A stretch of DNA of 54,593 nucleotides from an uncultured Clostridium sp. (lineage in GTDB: Bacteria; Bacillota; Clostridia; TANB77; CAG-508): contig CAMXQV010000006.1 of the NCBI GenBank assembly GCA_947245515.1, positions 1 to 54,593 of the forward strand. The letters run 5' to 3'. The notes under the pieces were generated by a model. That model was not told where the DNA came from. It made no database searches and worked only from the letters and a program-made list of their open reading frames with translations. A program made the translations under genes and the position numbers. The number at the start of each line of letters is the position of its first letter. The first letter of the stretch is position 1. Positions 44,347 through 54,593 of this stretch are shown one piece after another.

Positions 44347-45720
44347 ATGAAAAAAAATAACAAGGGAATAACACTTATAACACTAGTAATAACTTTAATA
44401 TTAATACTAATATTAGCATCAATTGCTACAAATGCAGGAATAGAATCAATTAAATCCTCAGAATTTACAGAATTTAAAACAGAACTTAAAATAATGCAAA
44501 CACAAGTAAATAGCTTGTATGAGAAATATCAAAATCAAGAAAAGATTAATGGAGTTGAAGTATTAACTTTAGGTGAAGAAATTGATACAAACGAAAGCAT
44601 AAGGCAACATGCAGAAGAAGTATTTACAGAAGAAAGTTCTGGAATAACAGACAAGACAGGCTATAAATATTTTAGTAAGAATACTATAAAAGCTTTAAAA
44701 ATAGAAGGTGTAAATCAGGACTTTTTTATAAATATCCAAAAAAGAAAAATTATTAGTTACTTAGGAATGGAATATAAAGATAAAAAATATTATACACTAG
44801 AACAGTTACCAGATGGTTTATATAATGTAGAATATATAAAAAATAATGAGAAGCCAACTTTTACTGTAAGTTCAGAGTTAGTAAGAGAAAATGAATATAA
44901 AGTATCAATAAAGCTTGATAGTACTTACACTGGATATGCAAATAAATGGAAAGTACGTTATAAAAAGCAAGAGAGTGAGAATTATAAAATAAGTGACAAC
45001 TTAAATTTTATTGTTGAAGAGAGTGGATTATATAATATACAAATAAAAAATGGTGAAATTGAATCAGATATACAAGAGCAATATATAGGAGTAATTAAAG
45101 AAGACCTTATAGTGCATTATGATGGTAATATAAATACAAGAAAAGGAAAAAATAAAGCTACAGAAAAGTGGGAAGATTTAAGTGGAAACAAAAATGATGG
45201 AACTTTAAGTAATGGAATATTCTTTAAGGACAATTATTTAAATTTAGAAATTATAGGAAATAAAATAGAAATTGGAGAATTAAATTATCCATATTTTACT
45301 GCTGAAATCTCTTTTGAATATAAAAATGGTTCCTATTTAATAGGAAATGCTAATAAGGGTGGATATAGACTATATATAGATGAAAATAAAAGACTTGTAG
45401 GAGAAATCTACAACAAGGGTAGTTACCATAGCGTTACATCAGAAATTAAAGTAGAAACTGGAAAAAAATATAATATTGTTTTAACTTATGATGGAAGTAG
45501 CTTGTCACTTTATATAAATGGAAATTTAGAGAAATATTTATCAATAAATGGAGAAATTGAAGCAACTAATGATAATGCAAAATTAACTATAGGTTCTGCT
45601 TCTATTTTAGAACAGGATGAAGAGCTACCTTCCTTTGAAGGAAAAATCTATGGATCTAAAATTTATAATAGAGCTTTAACTCAAGAAGAAATAAATATAA
45701 ATTATGAGGTAACTAGTTAA
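44347..45720 (+). CDS. prepilin-type N-terminal protein with C-terminal LamG/concanavalin-like domain
   Basis: MKKNNKG|ITLITLVITLILILILASIA class III-like signal; WEDLSGNKNDG, YNIVLTYDGSSLSLYING, KIYNRALTQEEI. Confidence 0.75.
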   Translation: MKKNNKGITLITLVITLILILILASIATNAGIESIKSSEFTEFKTELKIMQTQVNSLYEKYQNQEKINGVEVLTLGEEIDTNESIRQHAEEVFTEESSGITDKTGYKYFSKNTIKALKIEGVNQDFFINIQKRKIISYLGMEYKDKKYYTLEQLPDGLYNVEYIKNNEKPTFTVSSELVRENEYKVSIKLDSTYTGYANKWKVRYKKQESENYKISDNLNFIVEESGLYNIQIKNGEIESDIQEQYIGVIKEDLIVHYDGNINTRKGKNKATEKWEDLSGNKNDGTLSNGIFFKDNYLNLEIIGNKIEIGELNYPYFTAEISFEYKNGSYLIGNANKGGYRLYIDENKRLVGEIYNKGSYHSVTSEIKVETGKKYNIVLTYDGSSLSLYINGNLEKYLSINGEIEATNDNAKLTIGSASILEQDEELPSFEGKIYGSKIYNRALTQEEININYEVTS

Positions 45721-45747
45721 TAACTTTTTATGCAGTTATTAACTAGT
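45710..45747 (+). terminator. hairpin at the gene end
   Basis: ACTAGTTAATAACT...AGTTATTAACTAGT inverted repeat. Confidence 0.5.
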
Positions 45748-45890
45748 AATTATTTAAAATTGTATAGGATTGTCGTAATATCTTTACTTTTCATAGTATT
45801 TACTATATAATAGCAAATATAAAATAGAAGTTTAAAAAATTTATACTTAATAAACTTCTAGATAAAAACTAAAAGAAAGGAAGAAAAAAT

Positions 45891-47402
45891 ATGCAAGAAA
45901 ATAAAAACAATAATCAAGAAGTAGAAGAATTAGATATAAACCATTTAATGCAAATAAGGAGAGAAAAATTAGCTGAATTACAAAAAGAAAATAAAGATCC
46001 CTTTGAAATTACAAAATTTAACAGAACAAATACAGCAGGAGAAATAAAATCGAACTATGAAAACTTTGAGGAAAAAGATGTAACAATAGCAGGAAGAATA
46101 ATAGCAAAAAGAATAATGGGAAAAGCATCCTTTTGTACAATACAAGATAGTAATGAAAAAATTCAAAGTTATGTAAGCATAAATGACCTAGGAGAAGAGA
46201 GTTACAAGCAATTTAAAACCTTTGATATAGGAGATATAATAGGAATAACTGGTTTTGTATTCAAAACAAAAACAGAAGAAATCTCAGTACATGCAAAAGA
46301 AGTCATACTGCTTTCAAAATCACTTAGACCATTACCAGAAAAATTCCATGGACTAAAAGATCCAGATTTAAGATATAGACAAAGATATGTAGATTTAATA
46401 ATAAATCCAGAAGTAAAGAAAACCTTTGAAATAAGAAGTAAAATAATAAGTGAGATAAGAAGTATATTAGATGAAAAGGGATATTTAGAAGTTGAAACAC
46501 CTATATTAAATACAATATCAGGAGGAGCAACAGCAAAGCCCTTTATAACACACCATAATGCCTTAGATTTATCTATGTATCTTAGAATAGCTACAGAATT
46601 AAATCTAAAAAGATTAATTGTAGGTGGATATGATAAAGTTTACGAAATGGGTAGAATATTTAGAAATGAAGGGATGGATATAAGACATAATCCAGAGTTT
46701 ACATCAATAGAATTATATTCTGCATATGAAGATTACCAAGATATGATGAATATAACAGAAGAAATATTCACAAAATGTGCAAAAAAGGTATTAGGAACAA
46801 CTAAAATTACATATCAAGGGCAAGATCTTGATTTAACACCTGGATGGAAGAGAATAACAATGATAGATTCTATAAAAGAAGCCTGTGGCGTAGATTTTAA
46901 TAAGATTAATACAGATGAAGAGGCTGTTAAACTTGCAAAAGAAAGAGGAATTGAAATACCTGATGCAACAAAAGAAACAAGAGGAGATGTAATTGCTTTA
47001 TTCTTTGATGAATATGTAGAGAAAACCTTAATTCAACCTACTTTTATTTATGATTATCCAGTAGAAATCTCACCACTTGCTAAAAAAAGTCCAAAAGATA
47101 AAAGATTAACTGAAAGATTTGAAGTATTTATTTGTGGTAGAGAATATGGAAATGCATTCTCAGAATTAAATGATCCAATAGATCAATATGAAAGATTTAA
47201 GAAACAAGTTGAAGCTAGAAACGCTGGAGACGAGGAAGCAAGCATGATGGATGAAGATTTTATACAAGCACTAGAGTATGGAATGCCTCCAACAGGTGGT
47301 CTGGGAATTGGAATTGATAGATTAGTAATGTTACTTACAGATTCTGCATCAATTAGAGACGTATTATTATTCCCAACAATGAAACCTTTAAATAATGTTT
47401 AA
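45891..47402 (+). CDS. lysS: lysine--tRNA ligase (class II)
   Basis: [54 protein letters not shown]. Confidence 0.97.
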   Translation: MQENKNNNQEVEELDINHLMQIRREKLAELQKENKDPFEITKFNRTNTAGEIKSNYENFEEKDVTIAGRIIAKRIMGKASFCTIQDSNEKIQSYVSINDLGEESYKQFKTFDIGDIIGITGFVFKTKTEEISVHAKEVILLSKSLRPLPEKFHGLKDPDLRYRQRYVDLIINPEVKKTFEIRSKIISEIRSILDEKGYLEVETPILNTISGGATAKPFITHHNALDLSMYLRIATELNLKRLIVGGYDKVYEMGRIFRNEGMDIRHNPEFTSIELYSAYEDYQDMMNITEEIFTKCAKKVLGTTKITYQGQDLDLTPGWKRITMIDSIKEACGVDFNKINTDEEAVKLAKERGIEIPDATKETRGDVIALFFDEYVEKTLIQPTFIYDYPVEISPLAKKSPKDKRLTERFEVFICGREYGNAFSELNDPIDQYERFKKQVEARNAGDEEASMMDEDFIQALEYGMPPTGGLGIGIDRLVMLLTDSASIRDVLLFPTMKPLNNV

Positions 47403-47496
47403 GGAGCTTGGGCACATTTTGGGCATATATGAGTATTTATAGATTTATTGCAAAATAATAGTGGCAGAAAAATTAATTGGATAGGATGGTAATTTT

Positions 47497-48051
47497 ATGA
47501 AGGAAGATAAGGAAGAAATAATAGAATTTAATCATAAAAAGCAAGGTGGTTTGTGGCTGATTCTTATAGGAATTGTACTGATAATATCTACTATTTTTGG
47601 AGGTAAGTTCCTTGTAAATCCGTTTGTGTTTATGATAGGTTATTACCTTAGCTTTTTTAGTGTCAACGTAAACAAAAAAGTCAGAAAAAAGCTCTCTCAA
47701 GGAGGTATTTCAAGAAAGCAAATAAAAATGATCTATTTTTCAATTGCAACCTTGTTCATATTGATGTTTTGTATTGCTGGTCCATTTATCCCAGGATGGA
47801 ATTGGAGACAGATATGGTTGGGTGTACAAATTGCGACAGCGATACATTTTTTCTTATGGTTTTTTATACATGGATGGAGCATGGTAGTGTTGGGAACAGT
47901 ATGTATAGTTATAGCAACAGTAGGTTATATATACACAAATATACCAGTTTCTATTATTTGCTTTGCTGATGCAACAGTTAAGTTAATATGTGGAGTATAT
48001 TTATTATTTTTCTCCAAACCATCAAAGTTTGTTCCTAAGACAACTAAGTAA
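47497..48051 (+). CDS. integral membrane protein of unknown function
   Basis: About six hydrophobic helices; codon usage looks different from the neighbours. Confidence 0.7.
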   Translation: MKEDKEEIIEFNHKKQGGLWLILIGIVLIISTIFGGKFLVNPFVFMIGYYLSFFSVNVNKKVRKKLSQGGISRKQIKMIYFSIATLFILMFCIAGPFIPGWNWRQIWLGVQIATAIHFFLWFFIHGWSMVVLGTVCIVIATVGYIYTNIPVSIICFADATVKLICGVYLLFFSKPSKFVPKTTK

Positions 48052-48183
48052 CAAAGTTATAAAGAAACAAATTTATATTATATAGGTTATAAAAAAATTA
48101 AGATATTTATAAAAAGCTAGGAGATAAAAATGATTTTAGAAAATAAATTAAATATTAATGAGCAAAATATAGGAGAAGATAAT

Positions 48184-48585
48184 ATGAATATTAATACAAT
48201 TATATTGATTGACAAAAATCAAAAAAGAAAAGAAAATTTTATAGAAAAATTAAAGGAAAAAGTAGATTTTTCCTATACAAAATTAGAAGTTATATTTCAA
48301 ACTATTAGAGAAGTATCTAATAAAGAAGACTATAAATTTGAAGCAAAACAATACATAGAATTTTTAGATAAATTCTTAACAAATTTATCTAAAAAAAGTA
48401 AAAAGTGTTTGCTTGATATAGATGAACTTTCAATTCAAAATGCAAATAAATTACTTCAAGAACATAAAAATATAATTGTAATATATCTAGAAAAAAAGCA
48501 AAACGAAGGAAATATAATTTCAATTGAGGCTAGTAATATTAAGGAAGTTGAAAAAATAATAACAGAAATAGAAAAGAGGATATAA
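48184..48585 (+). CDS. degenerate P-loop-fold protein, apparent paralog of the next gene
   Basis: AGGAG RBS before ATG 48184 (track start 48130); aligns by eye with 48588-49184 but lacks the Walker A glycines. Confidence 0.6.
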   Translation: MNINTIILIDKNQKRKENFIEKLKEKVDFSYTKLEVIFQTIREVSNKEDYKFEAKQYIEFLDKFLTNLSKKSKKCLLDIDELSIQNANKLLQEHKNIIVIYLEKKQNEGNIISIEASNIKEVEKIITEIEKRI

Positions 48586-48587
48586 AT

Positions 48588-49184
48588 ATGAAAGGATTAA
48601 AAAACATATATTTAATTGGACCATCAAGATGTGGAAAAACAACTACTTCTACAATTTTAAGCGAAAAATATGGATATACACATATTATAATGGATGCTGT
48701 TATAGAGACAATGAATGAAGTAGCACCAGAAATGGGAATAAGACATGGAAATTTAGAAAGTAAAGAATTTAAGGAATTCCTAGCTTCCTATAGTAAAAAT
48801 CTTTTTAAATATACAAAACACAATATAATAGATTTAGAAACTCTAGAACCTAGTTTTGCTAAAGAATTGATAAACGAAGATGAGTCTACTGCCATTTATA
48901 TGGGATATCCTAGTATTACACCAGCTGAAAAATTAGAACAAATGAAAAAATATGATAGTGAATTTGATTGGACTAGAAATATGTCTGATGAAGAATTAAC
49001 TAAAATGTTAACTCCTCTTATAGAAAAAAGTAAAAAGCTTAAAGAAGAAGCAACAAAATATGATTTTGAATTTATAGATACTAGTTTTAATCGTAAAGAA
49101 GTAATTGAAAAGAGTATAGAAAAAATGCTTGAAGCTGGAAAGTTAGATAGAACAGATAAAAGTTATGAGAGATATTATAGATAA
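48588..49184 (+). CDS. P-loop kinase / AAA-like protein
   Basis: IYLIGPSRCGKTT Walker A at the N-terminus. Confidence 0.7.
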   Translation: MKGLKNIYLIGPSRCGKTTTSTILSEKYGYTHIIMDAVIETMNEVAPEMGIRHGNLESKEFKEFLASYSKNLFKYTKHNIIDLETLEPSFAKELINEDESTAIYMGYPSITPAEKLEQMKKYDSEFDWTRNMSDEELTKMLTPLIEKSKKLKEEATKYDFEFIDTSFNRKEVIEKSIEKMLEAGKLDRTDKSYERYYR

Positions 49185-49421
49185 TTAAAAAGGAACATGA
49201 ATTAGTAAAATATTTGTTGGACTTAGGTAGCTAAGGTCAATAGCTATTTACTGAATTGTAACGATATAGCTTAAAATTTTTAAGTGATTGTCTTAATTTT
49301 AATTGAAATTTAAATAATAATGTGATATAGTATAAAAAATAATTTCAAAGTACAAGAGAAAAAACAAAAAAATATAGAAATTTTTGGTATTATCCAAGAG
49401 TTTTTTTAGATAGGAGATAAT

Positions 49422-50162
49422 ATGTTTAATTTTTCAATTGATAAAAGAGCTATATATATTTTAATAGCTATTATGGTAATAACAAAAATAGTAGAATATA
49501 CAACAAATACAGGGGCTTTATTTTCTTTATTATTAAGTATACCAGGAGTTTTAATTGCAATAACCTTTCACGAATTTGCACATGGATATGTAGCCTATAA
49601 ATTAGGAGATAATACTGCAAAAAGTGAAGGGAGACTTAGTTTGAATCCTTTTGACCACTTAGATCCAATTGGAAGTTTAATGCTTATTTTTGCAGGATTT
49701 GGTTGGGGAAAACCTGTAAAGGTTAACCCACGTAATTACACAAGGAAACTTTCTATGGAAACAGGGCAAGCTATTGTATCTTTAGCAGGACCAGTAATGA
49801 ATATATTACTTGCATTAGTTTTCACTTTAATATATTTTGCAATATACAAATTTGCAGGTACAAGTTTTATTTTCTCAACAACAGGAAATATTGTGATGTT
49901 ACTAATAACTTCAATTATATCTATAAATGTTGGATTAGGTGTCTTTAATTTAATACCCTTGCCACCATTAGATGGTTCAAAAGTAATTATGCCATTTTTG
50001 CCATATAAAGCAAAAGAATTTTTTATTAGTTATGAAACAATTTTTTCTTTTGTTTTTGTTATTTTATGGGTTACACATTTAGCAGGAAATATAATTTCAC
50101 CAATTATAGAACTAGTATTTACAGGTTTAATGAATTTTGGAAGTTTTATATTTGGAATGTAG
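49422..50162 (+). CDS. site-2 protease family (M50) membrane metalloprotease
   Basis: HEFAH, GFGWGKPV, SLAGPVMN, FNLIPLPPLDGS. Confidence 0.92.
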   Translation: MFNFSIDKRAIYILIAIMVITKIVEYTTNTGALFSLLLSIPGVLIAITFHEFAHGYVAYKLGDNTAKSEGRLSLNPFDHLDPIGSLMLIFAGFGWGKPVKVNPRNYTRKLSMETGQAIVSLAGPVMNILLALVFTLIYFAIYKFAGTSFIFSTTGNIVMLLITSIISINVGLGVFNLIPLPPLDGSKVIMPFLPYKAKEFFISYETIFSFVFVILWVTHLAGNIISPIIELVFTGLMNFGSFIFGM

Positions 50163-50321
50163 TGAAATAATTGATAGTTAATTTATTTTTAGCACAATTA
50201 TTTTTAAGTAGTTTAATATAATTTAATAGTTAAAATTTTATAAAGTAAAATTTAAGGTTTTAAATAAAGCATCTTTAACCTTATTAAAAGGAAATAAGAA
50301 AGGTAATAAATATAGTATAAA

Positions 50322-51311
50322 ATGGAAAAACAAATATTAACTTTAGGAATAGAATCTAGTTGTGACGAAACCTCTGTAGCAGTTGTAAAAAATGGTAGAG
50401 AGATTATATCAAATATAATAGATACACAAATCCCCATACATGAAAAATATGGAGGAGTAGTTCCAGAAATAGCTTCAAGAAATCACATTGAAGCTATTTC
50501 TCGAGTTACAAAGAGAGCTTTAGAAGAAGCAAAAGTTACTTTTGATAATATAGATGTAATTACACCAACCTATGGACCAGGTCTAGTAGGAGCTTTATTA
50601 GTGGGAGTATCGTATGCAAAAGCACTTAGTTTCGCATTAAATAAGCCCTTAGTAGGAGTTAACCATATACAGGGACATATTGCAGCAAATTATATAACGT
50701 ATGAAGAATTAAAACCTCCTTTTTTATGTATGATGATGTCAGGAGGAAATACACAAATTGTACATGTGAAAACTTACACATCTTTCAAAGTGTTAGGTAA
50801 AACAAGAGATGATGCAATAGGAGAAGCTTTTGATAAAGTGGCAAGAGTAGTAGGTTTAGGGTATCCAGGAGGACCAAAAGTAGATAAACTTGCAGAACAA
50901 GGAATAGCAGATATAGAATTACCAAAAACACATTTTGAAAATTTAGATTTTAGTTTTAGTGGAATAAAAACAGCAGTTATAAATTTACATCATAAAAATC
51001 CAGATATAAATAAAGCTAATTTATGTGCTAGTTTTGAAAAAACAATAACAGAGATTTTAATAGAAAATATCAAAAAGGCAGTAAAACAAACTAATATAAA
51101 AACAATAGCACTTGCTGGTGGAGTGTCAGCAAATATTTTTATTAGAAAGGCGTTTCTAAATTTACAGAATGAAGGAATAAAAATATATATGCCAGATTTA
51201 AAAATCTGTACAGATAATGCAGCAATGATAGCATCTGCTGGTTATTATAACTATATTTCAGGAAAAAGAGATAATATGTATTTAAATGCAATACCAAATT
51301 TAAAATTGTAA
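50322..51311 (+). CDS. tsaD: tRNA N6-adenosine threonylcarbamoyltransferase
   Basis: LGIESSCDETS, GGVVPEIASRNH, HIQGH, DDAIGEAFDKVAR, CTDNAAMIA. Confidence 0.96.
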   Translation: MEKQILTLGIESSCDETSVAVVKNGREIISNIIDTQIPIHEKYGGVVPEIASRNHIEAISRVTKRALEEAKVTFDNIDVITPTYGPGLVGALLVGVSYAKALSFALNKPLVGVNHIQGHIAANYITYEELKPPFLCMMMSGGNTQIVHVKTYTSFKVLGKTRDDAIGEAFDKVARVVGLGYPGGPKVDKLAEQGIADIELPKTHFENLDFSFSGIKTAVINLHHKNPDINKANLCASFEKTITEILIENIKKAVKQTNIKTIALAGGVSANIFIRKAFLNLQNEGIKIYMPDLKICTDNAAMIASAGYYNYISGKRDNMYLNAIPNLKL

Positions 51312-51344
51312 ATTGTCCAAAATTATACCTAAATTAGTTAAAAA

Positions 51345-51599
51345 AGGTAATTGCTTAAAATTAATAATATTTATTTGTTTATATTTAAGTACTCTACTCG
51401 CTCCCAAAGGATTCTAATTATTTATTATTTTCGTTGCCCCATTCTCAAAATTCTATAGAAAAGTTTTCTAACTTTTCTAAGAATTTTGGAACGGTTACCC
51501 CGGAGTCACTCAAAAATAAATAATTAGAAACCTTCTCGTGCTATTATAAATTAAATAAATATAAACAAATAAATATTATAAATTTTAAGCAATTGTCCT
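51345..51599. mobile_element. MITE-like foldback element, repeat family B, copy 1
   Basis: ~45-bp imperfect terminal inverted repeats plus two nested inner stems; non-coding; second copy at 54494. Confidence 0.65.
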
Positions 51600-51629
51600 G
51601 TAAAAATATAGAATAAAGAGGAGAGATAG

Positions 51630-52344
51630 ATGTCAATTTTTATCATAGGAGATTTACACTTATCCTTTCATGAAAAAAAGCCAATGGATATTTTCGGAGC
51701 CCCTTGGAAAAATCACGAAGAAAAAATAAAAAAAGACTGGAAAGAAAAAGTAAAACCAGAAGACTTAGTAATATTACCAGGAGATTTTTCATGGTCAACC
51801 TATTTAAAAGATACCTTTGAAGACTTTCAATATTTAAGCGATTTACCAGGTCAAAAACTATTATTAAAAGGAAATCATGATTATTGGTGGACAACTATTA
51901 CAAGAATGAAAAATTATTTAAAAGAGAACAATTTTAATAATATAGATTTTTTACATAATAATGCATATGAATACAAAAATAAAATAATTGTTGGAACAAG
52001 GGGATGGACACAAACAGAAGATAGTGAAGATAAAAGACTAGTACAAAGAGAAACCCAAAGGCTAGAATTATCAATAATAGATGGATTGCAAAAATATGGA
52101 GAAGAAAAAGAAAAGATAGCAATAATGCATTATCCACCAATAACACATAGTAACTTAATACATAAGGAAGAGAATCCTTTTGTAAAAACTATGAAAAAGT
52201 ATGGTATACAAAAGTGTTATTATGGGCATTTACATGGAGAAGCAATAAAAGAAGCGGTTGAAGGGGAATATTTCCGGAATATATTTTAAATTGATAAGTT
52301 GTGATGGATTAAGTTTTACCTTATTAAAAATCTGTGATAATTAA
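51630..52344 (+). CDS. calcineurin-like metallophosphoesterase, ~237 aa, needing a +1 shift at CGG 52275
   Basis: GDLHL, PGDFSW, KGNHDYWW, HYPP, YGHLH. The shift adds GIYFKLISCDGLSF. Confidence 0.85.
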
Positions 52345-52442
52345 TTATTAATAAAATTTAAACAAAGATAATATTTAAATTTTTAAGAAATTGGTAAGTT
52401 TTATTAAGGAATTTTTTTAAAATAACTATAGGGAGATCATAA

Positions 52443-54485
52443 ATGGATTTAAATAAAGATGTTAAATATGTAAAAGGTGTAGGACCAAACAGAGTTAAAT
52501 TACTAAATAAAATTGGAATATTTACCTTAAAAGACTTAATTACCTATTATCCAAGAACCTATGAAGATAGAAGTAAACCTAAGAAAATATATGAAAGTAT
52601 AAATGGTCAGGAAGTATTAATAGAAGGAATTGTAGTTAGTAGAATATCAGAAGTAAAAACACCACATAAAACCATGCAAAAACTAGTTATTAGAGATGAC
52701 ACAGGAACTGCAACAATAATGTGGTTTAATCAAAGTTATTTAAAAAGTAGATTTATAGTTGGAAAAAGCTACAGATTTTATGGAAAAATAAATAACCAAT
52801 ATGGAAAAATAAGTATGATGTCACCAGTATTTGATGATATTGAAAAATTTCAAAACACTGGTAAAATTGTACCAATCTACCCTTTAACCTTTAGTTTATC
52901 GCAAAATATACTAAGAAAAATTATAGAGGTAGGTTTAGAGGAGGTTATAGGAGAACTACAAGAAACTTTGCCAGATTACATAATTAAAGATTATAGATTA
53001 CAAGAAATAAATCAAGCAATAAAGAATATTCATTTTCCTAAGGAATTCAAAGACTTTGAAGAAGCTAGAAAAAGACTAGCTTTTGAAGAATTATTTTCAG
53101 TACAATTAGCTTTATTAGAACTAAAAAATAGTTACTTAGTAGAAGAAAAGGGAATTCAATTTGACAAAAATGTAAAGATGTCAGATATTATAAATAAATT
53201 GCCTTTTAAATTAACAAAAGCACAATTAAGGGTTTTAGAGGAAATTGATAATAACATGGAAGCTAAAAAATTCATGAATAGACTTTTGCAAGGAGATGTA
53301 GGATCAGGAAAAACAGTTATTGCAATGTGTACAGCATATAAAGCTGTAAAATCAGGATATCAAGTAGCAATTATGGCACCAACGGCAATACTTGCAACAC
53401 AACATTTAGAAAATTTTAAAAAAATGCTTGATATGCTAGATATAAAATGTGAATTACTTATTTCTGGAATGACTAAAAAGAAAAAAGAGGAAATACTGGA
53501 AAAATTAAAAACTGGACAAATTGATATTCTAATTGGTACACATGCCTTAATAGAAGAAAAGGTTGAATTTAAAAACTTAGGACTAGTTGTAACTGATGAA
53601 CAACATAGATTCGGAGTAAAACAAAGAACAAAAATTGCAGAAAAAGGTCAAAATCCAGATATATTAGTAATGACTGCTACACCAATACCAAGAACTTTAG
53701 CTTTAATACTCTATGGGGATTTAGATATCTCTATAATCGATGAATTACCACCAAATAGAAAAAAAGTTGAGACTTTTGCAGTTGGAAAAAATATGACAGA
53801 TAGGGTAAATGCCTTTATAGAAAAACAAATACAACAAGGAAGACAAGCATATATTGTATGTCCACTTGTAGAAGAAAATGAAGAATTAGATTTAAAATCT
53901 GTTGAAGAACTTTATGAAACTTATGCGAAACAAGTATTTCCGCAATATAGAGTTGAATGTATTCATGGAAAAATGAAACCAAAAGATAAAGACTTTATAA
54001 TGCAAGAATTTAAAGAAGGTAAAATTAATATCTTAATATCTACTACAGTAATTGAGGTAGGAGTAGATGTTCCAAATAGTAATATTATGGTTATTGAAAA
54101 TTCAGAAAGATTTGGATTAGCTCAATTACATCAATTAAGAGGTAGAGTTGGGAGAGGAGAGTATGAATCTTATTGTATTTTAAAGTTTGAGGGAAAAAGT
54201 GATACAGTTAAAGAAAGAATGAAAGTTATGTGTAGCACAAATGATGGTTTTGTTATATCTGAAAAAGATTTAGAGCTTAGAGGTGCAGGGGATTTTTTTG
54301 GTACTATGCAACATGGCTTACCAGAGTTTAAAATTGCTAATTTATTTGAAGATGTTCCAATTTTAAAGTTAGCTCAAGCAGTAGCAAACAAAGTAATTTA
54401 TGAAGATCCAAAATTACAAAAAGAGGAAAATATTAGACTTAAAGATTTAATTAAAGACAAGTTTTCAAATAGGATTGAAATATAG
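52443..54485 (+). CDS. recG: ATP-dependent DNA helicase RecG
   Basis: RLLQGDVGSGKT, DEQHRFGVKQR, MTATPIPRTL, QLHQLRGRVGRG, DLELRGAG. Confidence 0.97.
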   Translation: MDLNKDVKYVKGVGPNRVKLLNKIGIFTLKDLITYYPRTYEDRSKPKKIYESINGQEVLIEGIVVSRISEVKTPHKTMQKLVIRDDTGTATIMWFNQSYLKSRFIVGKSYRFYGKINNQYGKISMMSPVFDDIEKFQNTGKIVPIYPLTFSLSQNILRKIIEVGLEEVIGELQETLPDYIIKDYRLQEINQAIKNIHFPKEFKDFEEARKRLAFEELFSVQLALLELKNSYLVEEKGIQFDKNVKMSDIINKLPFKLTKAQLRVLEEIDNNMEAKKFMNRLLQGDVGSGKTVIAMCTAYKAVKSGYQVAIMAPTAILATQHLENFKKMLDMLDIKCELLISGMTKKKKEEILEKLKTGQIDILIGTHALIEEKVEFKNLGLVVTDEQHRFGVKQRTKIAEKGQNPDILVMTATPIPRTLALILYGDLDISIIDELPPNRKKVETFAVGKNMTDRVNAFIEKQIQQGRQAYIVCPLVEENEELDLKSVEELYETYAKQVFPQYRVECIHGKMKPKDKDFIMQEFKEGKINILISTTVIEVGVDVPNSNIMVIENSERFGLAQLHQLRGRVGRGEYESYCILKFEGKSDTVKERMKVMCSTNDGFVISEKDLELRGAGDFFGTMQHGLPEFKIANLFEDVPILKLAQAVANKVIYEDPKLQKEENIRLKDLIKDKFSNRIEI

Positions 54486-54493
54486 CATTTGTA

Positions 54494-54593
54494 AGGCAAT
54501 CGCTTAAAATTTTAATTATTTATTTGTTTGTATTTATAAAATCTACTCGCTCCCAAAGAATTATAATTATTTATTGTTTTCGTTGCCCCATTC
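54494..54593. repeat. repeat family B, copy 2 (cut by the window end)
   Basis: Matches 51345-51445, including TCTACTCGCTCCCAAAG and TTTTCGTTGCCCCATTC. Confidence 0.8.

Noticed and set aside
48130-48183. MILENKLNI as the remnant of a Fic-family gene start
   Set aside because: It resembles N-termini I recall from clostridial Fic proteins, but nine residues are too few to support a call.

Overview
AT-rich, almost entirely + strand chromosomal segment of a spore-forming, low-GC Clostridia-like bacterium (spoVT, spoIVB, SASP and spore photoproduct lyase genes). It carries housekeeping genes (recD2, rpsO, pnp, queA, rdgB, tgt, era, recO, hpf, lysS, tsaD, recG), two tRNAs, a ~12 kb Tad/Flp-like pilus locus with several paralogous pilin-like genes, decayed IS remnants next to tRNA-Gln, and two families of structured intergenic repeats. 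Main observation: nine genes look broken in the ORF track, and every break falls at an in-frame CGG codon. Skipping one base there (C-GGA or C-GGT read as Gly, a +1 shift) restores full-length proteins and conserved motifs. There are 13 such sites, including a tandem CGGA-CGGT pair and one gene with three sites. I found no in-frame CGG in any intact gene. This points to a genome-wide recoding rule in which CGG(N) acts as a +1 frameshift or four-base Gly codon. All analysis was done by eye; no database searches were run.
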